Positions 9,543 to 18,228 of a stretch of 64,000 nucleotides of DNA are shown in pieces. Under the pieces are notes generated by a model that was not told the DNA's origin, did not search any database, and saw nothing but the letters and a program-made list of their open reading frames with translations. The position numbers and the translations under genes were made by a program. Source of the DNA: Desulfatiglandales bacterium (GTDB taxonomy: Bacteria; Desulfobacterota; DSM-4660; Desulfatiglandales; Desulfatiglandaceae); the NCBI GenBank assembly GCA_963662465.1, contig OY759599.1, positions 7,904,001 through 7,968,000 on the forward strand. The letters run 5' to 3'. Numbering within the stretch: the first letter of the stretch is position 1; each line of letters begins with the position of its first letter.

Positions 9543-9948
9543 ACTTTTTTAGCCTCTCAATTCCATGATTCCGGAAGAATGGTGAAATTGCTGAATACTG
9601 TTTCCACAGGCCAAGATGCTGTGGTATCTTTTTTATGATTTCGGGGAAAAGCTGAACATAAACCCAAAACCTTATCGGATTTCAGATAGAAATAAGATAG
9701 TGGCAGTCCCTTGTCGGACCACAAAAACAAAGCCACACTTTTCCCAAACAACCATTTATAGAGCATCTCAGTAGCAAAATGGCCGTATATCAAGAATTTC
9801 AATGCCAAAATCTGTGGCCCCTTTCACCTTTTTGGGCTTCAAGGAATTCAACGCGTTTAAAAAAAACGAGCATTTTTTGCCCCCTTACTCTCTTTTTGAT
9901 GAAATCGGGCCCCGCTTCTACAATATTTCGGAAAAAGGCGCCGGGCAA

Positions 9949-11445
9949 TTAAACCCATCTCCGAAGATACTCATTCATGCGAAGTTTTCGTTTCGTACTC
10001 GCCGAAGTCATGTAACGGACCTTCCCAAAGACCGGTCTTTCAGGGCCCCACGCCCGGTCGTGCCGACCCAGAATCCAAAAGATGCCCGTATAGGAATTGG
10101 GATCCCTTCCATCCAGGGCGTAACGGTTGTTAAGCTTTTCCATGATCCGAAGGGCATCCGTCGGCGTGGCGGACCAGTGCAATATCTTTTTTCCCCAGAG
10201 CATTCGAAGGTAATTGTGAATCCTGCCCTCTTCTAAGAGTTGATTCTGGGCGGCGTTCCATATGGGATCATGGGTGCGGGCTTCTTCAAATTCCTGCATC
10301 GTATAAAGAAACGGCCTGGGATCTTTGTGGTGTTGTTCAAGCGTCTGAATGGCCCAGTTGGGGAGAGAGCCATATTCGGGGTAATCGGGCCGGTTGTGGC
10401 AGAACTGAAACCCCAGTTCCCGCCAGGTGATGATTTGATCCAGAAAGGCCTCGGCATTTTCGTCCATTCCCCACCACCCTTCTCTCTGCCCTTTTGCCTG
10501 TTCGGCACACTTTTTCGGCGACCACTGTTGTTGTTTCAAAATCTCTTGAACAACCTCATGTGAAGAGATGTGTCCGAAATGAAGGTATGGCGAAAGACCG
10601 CTTTCAGCTGCCGAATCCGGATGGTTCCGATTTTTTTTATAGGATGAAAACCGTTCTTCCATAAACATTTTGAAAATAGGTCGCGCTTCACCCGTCCCGC
10701 CCCGTTCTTTCACTGGCTGTACCTGGTGATCAATGGGCAAGGTCTTTACGAAATTCCTGATGGGATTGTTTGTGTCAAAAGACATGACGGGCCATCTTTT
10801 AGCGACGGTCGGGGGGATGACGTCAAGGATCTCCCGTTTGAGTCCGGAAAAAGGCCGGGCTTTCGGTTGCTGGTTAAGAAGCATCAGCAGGTGTTTCTGG
10901 GAAAAACGCCTGAAATGGTAGGCGGCCTGGAAAACCTTATCGGATAGGCGAAGCGGGATCAGACCGTTGCTGTCCACCTTTTCCATGAGTACCCCCACCT
11001 TTCCGGCAGCGGCCTTTGTCATGGCGGGAATGAAAAAGCACGGAAAGTGGTCCGTAACGATAACGCAGGCATTCCGGGAGAGGCTTTCAAGGAGCCCTTT
11101 CCCTTCACCCCGGACTCCCTCCACATAGGGATAGTAGGAAACCGGCCCTTTGGCCAGTTCACGGGCGTTATGGGCCATGCCTTCCAGAACAAAGGCATGG
11201 AGTCTGTCGCCGGCCCAGGGGTAGTCGCACCGAAGGGCCTCCAATACCAAGAGGGGTTTTTGCAACGCTTTGGCCCAGTCCACGGCCCGGTCCAGCGCAA
11301 AATTCCAGCTAACCCGTCTGAAAGCCGTCATCCAGTAGAGAACAAAGTCGCCATGGGGATTCACCGAATCTTTGTTACAGGACATTACACGCAAGCTTGG
11401 GACAGATCCGTTCAATTTCAAGGCATCTCCATAAAACAATCTCAA
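9949..11445 (-). CDS. phrB: Class II CPD deoxyribodipyrimidine photolyase
   Basis: VLYWM..R..N.AL, SGLSPYLHFGHIS, THDPIWNAAQ, HNYLRMLWGKKIL, ALDGRDPNSY, VFGKVRYM. Start may lie slightly downstream. Confidence 0.92.
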   Translation of the reverse strand: MRLFYGDALKLNGSVPSLRVMSCNKDSVNPHGDFVLYWMTAFRRVSWNFALDRAVDWAKALQKPLLVLEALRCDYPWAGDRLHAFVLEGMAHNARELAKGPVSYYPYVEGVRGEGKGLLESLSRNACVIVTDHFPCFFIPAMTKAAAGKVGVLMEKVDSNGLIPLRLSDKVFQAAYHFRRFSQKHLLMLLNQQPKARPFSGLKREILDVIPPTVAKRWPVMSFDTNNPIRNFVKTLPIDHQVQPVKERGGTGEARPIFKMFMEERFSSYKKNRNHPDSAAESGLSPYLHFGHISSHEVVQEILKQQQWSPKKCAEQAKGQREGWWGMDENAEAFLDQIITWRELGFQFCHNRPDYPEYGSLPNWAIQTLEQHHKDPRPFLYTMQEFEEARTHDPIWNAAQNQLLEEGRIHNYLRMLWGKKILHWSATPTDALRIMEKLNNRYALDGRDPNSYTGIFWILGRHDRAWGPERPVFGKVRYMTSASTKRKLRMNEYLRRWV

Positions 11446-11466
11446 GGGTTCTCTGTTGGATCAATT

Positions 11467-11928
11467 TTAAGGTTGCAGATCCGAAACCACCCCATAGTGG
11501 GACCGTGTGGGACCTTCCAGGAATAAATAGGACTCAACACTGATTTTAACAGGCTCCCCCTGGGGATTTTTAAAAAAATTCTTAAGTTCAGGATGTCTAA
11601 TGGACAATATGTTGCGAATCCGTTTCCGTTCCAGTTCCTTCAGAACCCTGTTGAACCGTCCGGAAACCGTAAGGGCAAGTGTTTCCGCTGGGTCGAAATC
11701 CAATGAACCCTGCCGGGTGTCAATCAAGAGGCTGACGGCCGGATTCTCACACATATTTTGATATTTTCGGCCCTCATTCAATGTCATGAGGTAGATTTCA
11801 TCACATGTTGTATTGCTCGCATAGGCCATCAACGAACAGTATGGCTGATTATTCGATGCCGTGGCCAGAACGCAGGTGTTCTGTTTCCGTATTAGATTCC
11901 TGATTTTTTCACGAATATTTTCATTCAT
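11467..11928 (-). CDS. Pyridoxamine 5'-phosphate oxidase-like (split-barrel) protein
   Basis: CVLATA..QPYCSLMAY..RKYQNM.ENPAVSLLID. Confidence 0.8.
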   Translation of the reverse strand: MNENIREKIRNLIRKQNTCVLATASNNQPYCSLMAYASNTTCDEIYLMTLNEGRKYQNMCENPAVSLLIDTRQGSLDFDPAETLALTVSGRFNRVLKELERKRIRNILSIRHPELKNFFKNPQGEPVKISVESYLFLEGPTRSHYGVVSDLQP

Positions 11929-12111
11929 CGATTTCCCTCATGGGATAATGTCATAGGTGTCATAGTCTGTACCCGATAATACCAAAATTCTGATTTTAGG
12001 GTCAATCAAATAGATGGTTTCAAAGCTTGACACCACGCAATGGATGATTAATTTAAAATCTCTTATTGATAAAATCGAATATTGTAAACCCGCCCTGAAT
12101 AAGGGGCCACG

Positions 12112-12150
12112 AGCCGGGTTTCACCATACAGGTGATTCACGGCTTTTTTT
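12112..12150 (+). terminator. Hairpin plus U-tract directly before the methyltransferase RBS
   Basis: AGCCGGGTTTCACC/GGTGATTCACGGCT (11/14 paired) then TTTTTTT; GGAGG at 12153. Confidence 0.35.
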
Positions 12151-12165
12151 ATGGAGGTAATTTTT

Positions 12166-13227
12166 ATGGCGTCATCAAATTCTTTTCCCAGGGGTCATGA
12201 CGTGGAATTGAACCCCCTTCACCGTCCGGACGCTTTTTCCAGACTGGACGATTCCAATGACAAACATTTTTATGAAACCGACCGGTTTGTCAGCCATCTT
12301 GATTCGGTGGCGCTTTCAACGGTCGAGCATATCATTTCAAGCCTCATCTTGGAAAAAGATCCCGTGATTCTGGATCTGATGGCGGGATGGGACAGCCATC
12401 TTCCGAGCGATTTAAGGGCTTCTGAAATTGTCGGACTGGGCCTCAATGAAAACGAATTGAAAAAAAATGAACAGCTGACTTATTATGTTGTTCACGATCT
12501 CAATCACAACCCCCGTCTCCCTTTTCCCAATGATACCTTTGATGCGATCGTTAACACGGTGTCAGTGGATTACATGACGCAACCGGTTGCTGTATTTGAG
12601 GAGGTGGGGCGAATCCTGAAACCGGGTGGACTCTTTCTGGTTATTTTTTCAAACCGCATGTTCCCCCAAAAAGCCGTCAAGGTCTGGCGGGATTCAGATG
12701 AAAATGAACGGGTGATTCTTGTGAATGAGTTATTTGAGCTTTCGGGTGCATTTGAGGAAACATCCCGTTTTGCATCCAAAGGGAAACCGAGACCAGAGAA
12801 TGACAAATATGCCGGACAGACCACGGTAAGCGACCCCGTTTATGCGGTCTATGCTGAAAAAAAAGGCGGCGGCGCCGGCCGGAAAAGGCTGGTTATCAAA
12901 AGCGTTTTTGGCGAAAAGATGCCGGAGGAACTTCTTGAGAAAAGAAAGGCCGCGGTCAAAGAGACCCTTCGGTGCCCCCATTGTGACGAAAAGCTGCAAA
13001 AATGGGAGGTGCCGGACAACCCTTTCTGTCAGACCTGGGATAACGATTTCATGTACATTTGTTTCAACGATGCGTGTCCCTATTTTGTCAGGGGGTGGGA
13101 CAGAATGTACAGTGAAACCAACCAGGGCATGAGCTACCGTCTCATGTACAACCCGGAAAAGGACCGCTGTATGCCAATTCCGGTGCCGACCCATATGGCA
13201 CTGAAAGACGGCATCATGGAGGACTAG
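12166..13227 (+). CDS. Class I SAM methyltransferase (type 11-like) with C-terminal Cys-rich Zn-ribbon domain
   Basis: FY..DRFV.HLD, ILDLMAGWDSHLP, VSVDYMTQP, FSNRMFPQKAV; C-terminal CPHC..CFNDAC. Confidence 0.85.
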   Translation: MASSNSFPRGHDVELNPLHRPDAFSRLDDSNDKHFYETDRFVSHLDSVALSTVEHIISSLILEKDPVILDLMAGWDSHLPSDLRASEIVGLGLNENELKKNEQLTYYVVHDLNHNPRLPFPNDTFDAIVNTVSVDYMTQPVAVFEEVGRILKPGGLFLVIFSNRMFPQKAVKVWRDSDENERVILVNELFELSGAFEETSRFASKGKPRPENDKYAGQTTVSDPVYAVYAEKKGGGAGRKRLVIKSVFGEKMPEELLEKRKAAVKETLRCPHCDEKLQKWEVPDNPFCQTWDNDFMYICFNDACPYFVRGWDRMYSETNQGMSYRLMYNPEKDRCMPIPVPTHMALKDGIMED

Positions 13228-13347
13228 GGACATCGTCAGATTATAAGTTACTCAAAGGCTTTCGGTTTTTTTCCTACAATTTGGGCAGCCTTCTATGCAA
13301 TTCCATACGAGTTTTGCGTGGCATATAAACTTATAACCTGAAGTCCC
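13227..13347. repeat. Small element with imperfect terminal inverted repeats
   Basis: GGGACATCGTCAGATTATAAGTT (13227-13249) vs reverse complement GGGACTTCAGGTTATAAGTT (13328-13347). Confidence 0.45.
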
Positions 13348-13360
13348 CCATTATTCTAAG

Positions 13361-13606
13361 GGCTCATCGCGGATTAACGTGAAAATCGCTACTGACTTCG
13401 CTTTCGCACTCGTTCCCATGCTCTGCGTGGGAACTGTTTTCGGACGCTCTGCGTCCCGGTTTGGACCCCTAAGAAATGGGTCTGTAGCGGTTCAAAAGAC
13501 GAATTGTCGGACGCGGGAGCGTCCAAGGTAGGTTCCCACGCAGAGCATGGGAACCAGCCCGAGAGAACAACAAAATTCTCTTCTTCACGTTAATCCGCGA
13601 AGACCC
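13361..13606. mobile_element. MITE with 23-bp TIRs and 8-bp target-site duplication (ISL3-like ends)
   Basis: TIRs 13361-13383 and 13584-13606 match 21/23; ATTCTAAG repeated at 13353-13360 and 13607-13614. Confidence 0.8.
13412..13554. repeat. REP doublet (REPIN-like long palindrome)
   Basis: GTTCCCATGCTCTGCGTGGGAAC (13412-13434) and its perfect reverse complement (13532-13554), with inner GGACGCTC..GCGTCC palindromes. Confidence 0.8.
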
Positions 13607-13620
13607 ATTCTAAGAAACCA

Positions 13621-14772
13621 TCATTTCGCTGCCGTTTCCCGAACCTTCTTTTTTCTTAATCTCCTGGCGCCCTCAAGCAGGATCAGGCCTGCCAGAAAGA
13701 TCATCCCCCATTGGTTGAGGGTGGGAATGGGGGTTGGCGGTTGGGGGTCGTCGCCCGGGACATACTTCCAGGTTTCGCCCGATAACCGTCCGTTGTTTTC
13801 GCCGCCGAACAGGAACATGTCGACTTTCCGGTCGGCATCGATTACCGGCACGGCGGCGCCATAGGATTGGACCGGGCCATCCGGTTGTTGGGTCCAGATA
13901 TTCTGCGCGACGTCATATTTCCAGGTTGCGCCGATATCCGTGCCTTGCCCATCACGTCCGCCGGCAATCCACAGGTTTTCGCCGTCGCTGATGCCACTCA
14001 GGTTAAAAACCGGGACCGGGGCGGACCGGCCGGCATCAATATCAATCAAGCCGTTGGTTGCCGGGGCGGACCCGCTGACATTGATATCGAGCCAGCCGTT
14101 GGTTGCCGGGTCGTAGACCAGGATATTGCCATAAAGCTGTTGGCCGTTCGATCCGCCGATGACGTACATCTTGCCGCCAACGACCCCGGCGTAATGGCCG
14201 TAGCGCTGCGGAGTGGTGTCGGAGGCGGTCTTGCGATACCATCTGTTGGTTTCCAGGTTATAGCTCCACAACTGATTGTCGATCATTGAACCCGAAATGC
14301 CGCCGTAGACATAAATTTTGTTGCCGATGGCCACCATGCTGTAATCAATGCGCGGGCTGGGCCAGTCATTGTCGGGCACGATCGGGGTCCAGCTATTGGC
14401 CTGAGGATCATAACACCAGCCATCGGTGATGTTGTAGCCACCGCTGACCATTCCCGAAAAGATGTACATTTTGTTATTGGCAACGACCGCCTTGTGGCCG
14501 TAGCGGCCTACGGGCTTTTCGTCCAGTGGAAAAAGCCTTTTCCATTCATTACTATCTCTGCTGAATTGCCATAAATCGTTGAGGATGGACGAATCATCAC
14601 GTGTTTCGCCCACTCCCCCGAACATATAGACTTTCCCGTTGATTTCGGCCATGCTATGGCCTTTGCGCGGGTTGGGGCCATCACCGGGGACTTGTTGCCA
14701 GCCCTCGTCGGCGCAGAGCCAGCTCGGCATGGTTAGCAGCAATATCGCCAGAATCCACCATTTTTTTATCAT
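13621..14772 (-). CDS. Exported Kelch-repeat beta-propeller protein with IPTL-CTERM sorting signal
   Basis: Signal peptide; Kelch repeats (GKVYMFGG, NKIYVYGG, GKMYVIGG); PIPTLNQWGMIFLAGLILL followed by basic tail; GGAGG RBS. Confidence 0.9.
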   Translation of the reverse strand: MIKKWWILAILLLTMPSWLCADEGWQQVPGDGPNPRKGHSMAEINGKVYMFGGVGETRDDSSILNDLWQFSRDSNEWKRLFPLDEKPVGRYGHKAVVANNKMYIFSGMVSGGYNITDGWCYDPQANSWTPIVPDNDWPSPRIDYSMVAIGNKIYVYGGISGSMIDNQLWSYNLETNRWYRKTASDTTPQRYGHYAGVVGGKMYVIGGSNGQQLYGNILVYDPATNGWLDINVSGSAPATNGLIDIDAGRSAPVPVFNLSGISDGENLWIAGGRDGQGTDIGATWKYDVAQNIWTQQPDGPVQSYGAAVPVIDADRKVDMFLFGGENNGRLSGETWKYVPGDDPQPPTPIPTLNQWGMIFLAGLILLEGARRLRKKKVRETAAK

Positions 14773-14806
14773 CACCAACCTCCTTTTTGTCAAAAATCAA
14801 AATTAG

Positions 14807-14836
14807 ATGATAAAATAGGAAGTTATTTTTTGTCAA
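14807..14836 (-). promoter_or_regulatory. Sigma70-type promoter candidate for the Kelch gene
   Basis: TTGACA-N18-TATCAT on the minus strand. Confidence 0.4.
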
Positions 14837-15035
14837 CGAAAAGTGAGCTCATCTGGTGACGAGTGGACTTTCCCAAGAAACCATCATTTCGCCGCTGTTT
14901 CCCGAAATACAACACGGGACAATATTCTGGTGGTTACCTACGATCTGACGCTGAATCCTGCCTTGACTCGAGATGAGCTGTGAACCGACAACCGTGAATA
15001 TGTCAAAGCTTCCACTGATCAGGAGGCAGTGTGAA

Positions 15036-15289
15036 CTCAGGCCTTGACCCTGGCCATTACGCCGGCGATATCCTCTTGATTAAACTGATAGGGCGTTGCG
15101 CAATGCCGGCATTTGATCTCCATGGGAAAAGGGCCGTTTTCAGCCAGATCCTTCAGGTCTGACATGGGAAGCATGGCCAGCATCTGTAGAACCCGGTTAT
15201 GATTGCAGTGGCACATGAACTCAATCCGGTGATCCCCCAGAAATTGGGGATTCAGACCCTTGAAAACATTTGAAACCAAGGTTTCAGGC
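15036..15289 (-). pseudogene. hslO: Duplicated 3' fragment of hslO
   Basis: About 10 substitutions over ~255 bp relative to 16986-17239 (offset 1950); no 5' part. Confidence 0.9.
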
Positions 15290-15800
15290 TTTTCTCCGCT
15301 GTTAAAAGAGAACCGCGGAGCTGAACTGAATCTGGATCACATCCAGGCCATGCTCCCCGGCGACACGAATGTTGCTGCTGAGGATTATGAAATTGAACTG
15401 AAATCGAACCAGGCAAACTTTCCGACCGCCGATGTACACGGGCCGGCCGGCCTGGGCGGGGTGTGCGGGGAATATATCTTCGATAACACGCTTACGCTTG
15501 TCAGGGAAGATGCTCTGAAGCTGTTTTCAGAAACGATTGAATCCCATCCTGCAGGCACAGTCACCCTCATCACCACCGGCCCTCTCACCAATCTGGCCCG
15601 CTTCATCGAGCAGTGCCCGGAAACGGTCAAAAAACTGCGGCGGGTCATCGCCATGGGCGAGGTTTTCTTTAAAGTCCGGCAACCGAAGCCAGGCCGCTGA
15701 ATTCAATATCCATTTCGATCCCACGTCCGCCAAAAAGGTGGTTGAATTCCGCCGCGCCCCCAAGTCTTCCGGTCTTGGCCGATGGCATGAGACCCACTAG
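15290..15800 (+). pseudogene. Nucleoside hydrolase (IunH-family) fragment, frameshifted
   Basis: DVHGPAGLGG, TGPLTNLA, VIAMG in one frame; GN..AAEFNIHFDP in another; N-terminal DxDxGxDD motif absent. Confidence 0.75.
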
Positions 15801-15836
15801 ATACAGCCCCTTCTGCGTGAGGGGGGAAGAAGCCCC

Positions 15837-16319
15837 CTATTGGGGATAAAGGATGTTAAGACCTTGAAAATAGGCACGATAAAAACCACGGTCCCTGGTA
15901 ATGAATCGGTCTGCCTGCACCTCGGCATGCGCACCGATCAAAAAATCCGCGATGATGTGCTGCCGTGAAGTAATGGTTTTTCCGCAAAAACCGCAGATTA
16001 CCTGATTATGCCTGCCGCAGGCCGGACAGCCAAATCCTCGTTTTCTTCGGCCCAAATAGGTCTTCCACGCCAGGCTGGCTCGGAAAAGAGATGCCTTATT
16101 TGAAGAAACCATCCTGATGCCCGTATCGCGAATGAATGTATCAAGGTTTTCGGCAGACAGAAATTGAGAACTCAACTCAGCGTAAACCATCTCGCAAACG
16201 ATGAGTTCATCATTGCCGGGCTCGGTCGTCAAACAGCGTAATGAAGAATGGAGATGTTCCGCATTGGGAATCAGAATATCGAGCAGTATATTCGTGTCAA
16301 TCGCCGTAATCACTGACAT
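15837..16319 (-). CDS. vapC: PIN-domain (VapC-like) toxin with Zn-ribbon insert
   Basis: IDTNILLD, VYAEL, IADFLIGAHA, TRDRGFY; insert CPACG..CGFCG. Confidence 0.85.
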   Translation of the reverse strand: MSVITAIDTNILLDILIPNAEHLHSSLRCLTTEPGNDELIVCEMVYAELSSQFLSAENLDTFIRDTGIRMVSSNKASLFRASLAWKTYLGRRKRGFGCPACGRHNQVICGFCGKTITSRQHIIADFLIGAHAEVQADRFITRDRGFYRAYFQGLNILYPQ

Positions 16320-16539
16320 CTCCTCGCAATTCGTTAACGACGTCATCGGGTCTTTTTCCGTGTAGATGGCTTAGAAAACCCACATATTTTGACAGGTTAT
16401 TGATGTGTGGTTTCTTTTTGCTGAGGACGACTTTGGTTTCTTCCACTTCAAAAATAATTTCATCACCGGCCTTTATGTGCATCAATAACCGGATTTGTTG
16501 GGGAATCGTTACCTGACCTTTTTTGGTTACTCTGGGCAT
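16297..16539 (-). CDS. AbrB/MazE-family antitoxin
   Basis: VTKKGQVTIPQQIR..IKAGDEIIF; overlaps the PIN gene; CTTACTGTAAG palindrome upstream (16560-16570). Confidence 0.88.
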   Translation of the reverse strand: MPRVTKKGQVTIPQQIRLLMHIKAGDEIIFEVEETKVVLSKKKPHINNLSKYVGFLSHLHGKRPDDVVNELRGDVSDYGD

Positions 16540-16986
16540 GTCATCACCTTTTGAGAAGTCTTACTGTAAGTATTACCTTCTAAAGAATATACGTCAAGTG
16601 AAAATACTCTGGACGGCGATTCCCACTATGAAGATTGATTGGGCCCAAAATCAGCGGAAGACGCATCTTGCCAACCTTTGCAGATCGTTTGCTGCTAATG
16701 AATCGCTGATGCTCGGCGACGGATATGATCGTCGCGGCGCTGGCGCAAACGCCGTCCATGTACTTGTAAATGGGGATCGGACTTCTAATGGCTGCCGGAA
16801 CGATTGTTGTCGTTGCTGCCCCTGTAGCTGCAGCTGCGGCCATTGGCGGACTGGTTTACCGGCTCTTCAGCGACTGATGGCACTTTTTAATTTCCGATGG
16901 AAAAATTCTTGAACATATAGGGGTCGGTCAATTTGTTACTCATTGCGCCGCATGGGAATCTTGCTGTCACACAGTGTGAACGAAAC

Positions 16987-17922
16987 TCAGGCCTTGACCC
17001 CGGCCATTATTCCGGCGATATCCTCTTGATTAAATTGGTAGGGCGTTGCGCAATGCCGGCATTTGATCTCCAGGGGAAAAGGGCCGTTTTCAGCCAGATC
17101 CTTCAGGTCGGACATGGGAAGCATGGCCAGCATCTGTAGAACCCGGTTATGATTGCAGTGGCACATGAACTCAATCCGGTGATCCCCCAGAAATTGGGGA
17201 TTCAGACCCTTGAAAACATTTGAGACCAAAGCTTCAGGCGCTTCTCTATCCGCAAATGCCGTACCGATTGACGGCAGGTCCGCCGCCATGGCTTCAAGAT
17301 TGTCGATGGCGGCTCCATCGGCGCCGGGCATGACCTGTAAAAACAGGCCTCCGGCCCCGGTCGTATTTCCCCCGGGATCAAATTTGATGCTCAGGTTGAA
17401 GACCGTGGGGGTTTGTTCGGATTTGAGGTAATAGTATGCCAGGTCCTTGGCAATGCTGCCGTACATGAGTTCCACCTGGCCTGTAAAGGGTTGTTTCGCG
17501 TCCCTGAAGGTTTTGGCGACCGACAGGAAGCCGGCCCCAAAAAAGGGGGAAAGGTCGAAGTCTTGAAGGGGTTTGGTGATGGGGATGGGAACGTTTTTCA
17601 AATATCCCCGGACTTCGCCAAAGGCGTTCGCTTCCACCACAAGGCCTTTGATGGGACCCGAACAGTCTATTTTCAGACAGATCCGTTCATCTCCCTTGAG
17701 CCCGGCGCACATCAAAGCGGCTCCCATGTAGGCATGCCCCAGCACCAGGGTTTCCAGGATGCCCAGTTCATGGTTGGCCCGCATTTCATTGACCATGCGC
17801 GTTCCGTGCAGAATGGCTCCTCTGATCATGCCGCCTGAAAGGATGAAATGATAGAGTTTGTCCCTGGCATTGGCTTTAAGCTGGTCTTTCAAGGTGTTGC
17901 CGTAAGGTTGTTTCTTGATCAT
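16987..17922 (-). CDS. hslO: Hsp33 redox-regulated chaperone
   Basis: GPIKGLVVEA..GEVRGY, YYLKSEQTPT, AGGLFLQVMPG, CHC..CRHC zinc motif. Confidence 0.93.
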   Translation of the reverse strand: MIKKQPYGNTLKDQLKANARDKLYHFILSGGMIRGAILHGTRMVNEMRANHELGILETLVLGHAYMGAALMCAGLKGDERICLKIDCSGPIKGLVVEANAFGEVRGYLKNVPIPITKPLQDFDLSPFFGAGFLSVAKTFRDAKQPFTGQVELMYGSIAKDLAYYYLKSEQTPTVFNLSIKFDPGGNTTGAGGLFLQVMPGADGAAIDNLEAMAADLPSIGTAFADREAPEALVSNVFKGLNPQFLGDHRIEFMCHCNHNRVLQMLAMLPMSDLKDLAENGPFPLEIKCRHCATPYQFNQEDIAGIMAGVKA

Positions 17923-17941
17923 GGGTTACCCGCCCTTGTGT

Positions 17942-18193
17942 TTAAAATTTTCTGATTTTTTTGAACAGATATTCCAGCCCGTTCACTTTAATTTCGTAAA
18001 CCGAGCGCAACATGACGCCCAGTTCCCCCGACGGAAAGCCTTTTTGTGAAAACCATACCACGTAGGGTTCGGGAAGATCCACGAGATAACGGCCGGCATA
18101 TTTGCCGAAGGGCATGCGCGTCTTTGCAATTTTCAACAGGAGGTCATAATTGGGAGCCACTGGCGTCCCTTCATCCAAGTGTTTTTGGCTCAT
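17942..18193 (-). CDS. DUF3820-family protein
   Basis: MPFGKYAGRYLVDLPEPYVVWF..GFPSGELG..YEIKVNGLE. Confidence 0.85.
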   Translation of the reverse strand: MSQKHLDEGTPVAPNYDLLLKIAKTRMPFGKYAGRYLVDLPEPYVVWFSQKGFPSGELGVMLRSVYEIKVNGLEYLFKKIRKF

Positions 18194-18228
18194 TTACATT
18201 TTTTCTCAAATGGTCAAGTGGAAGGGGT

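Noticed and set aside
16580..16912. Ala/Gly-rich short ORFs inside the hslO islet
   Set aside because: Only a hydrophobic fragment (MGIGLLMAAG..RLFSD*) after an in-frame stop; cannot be assigned.
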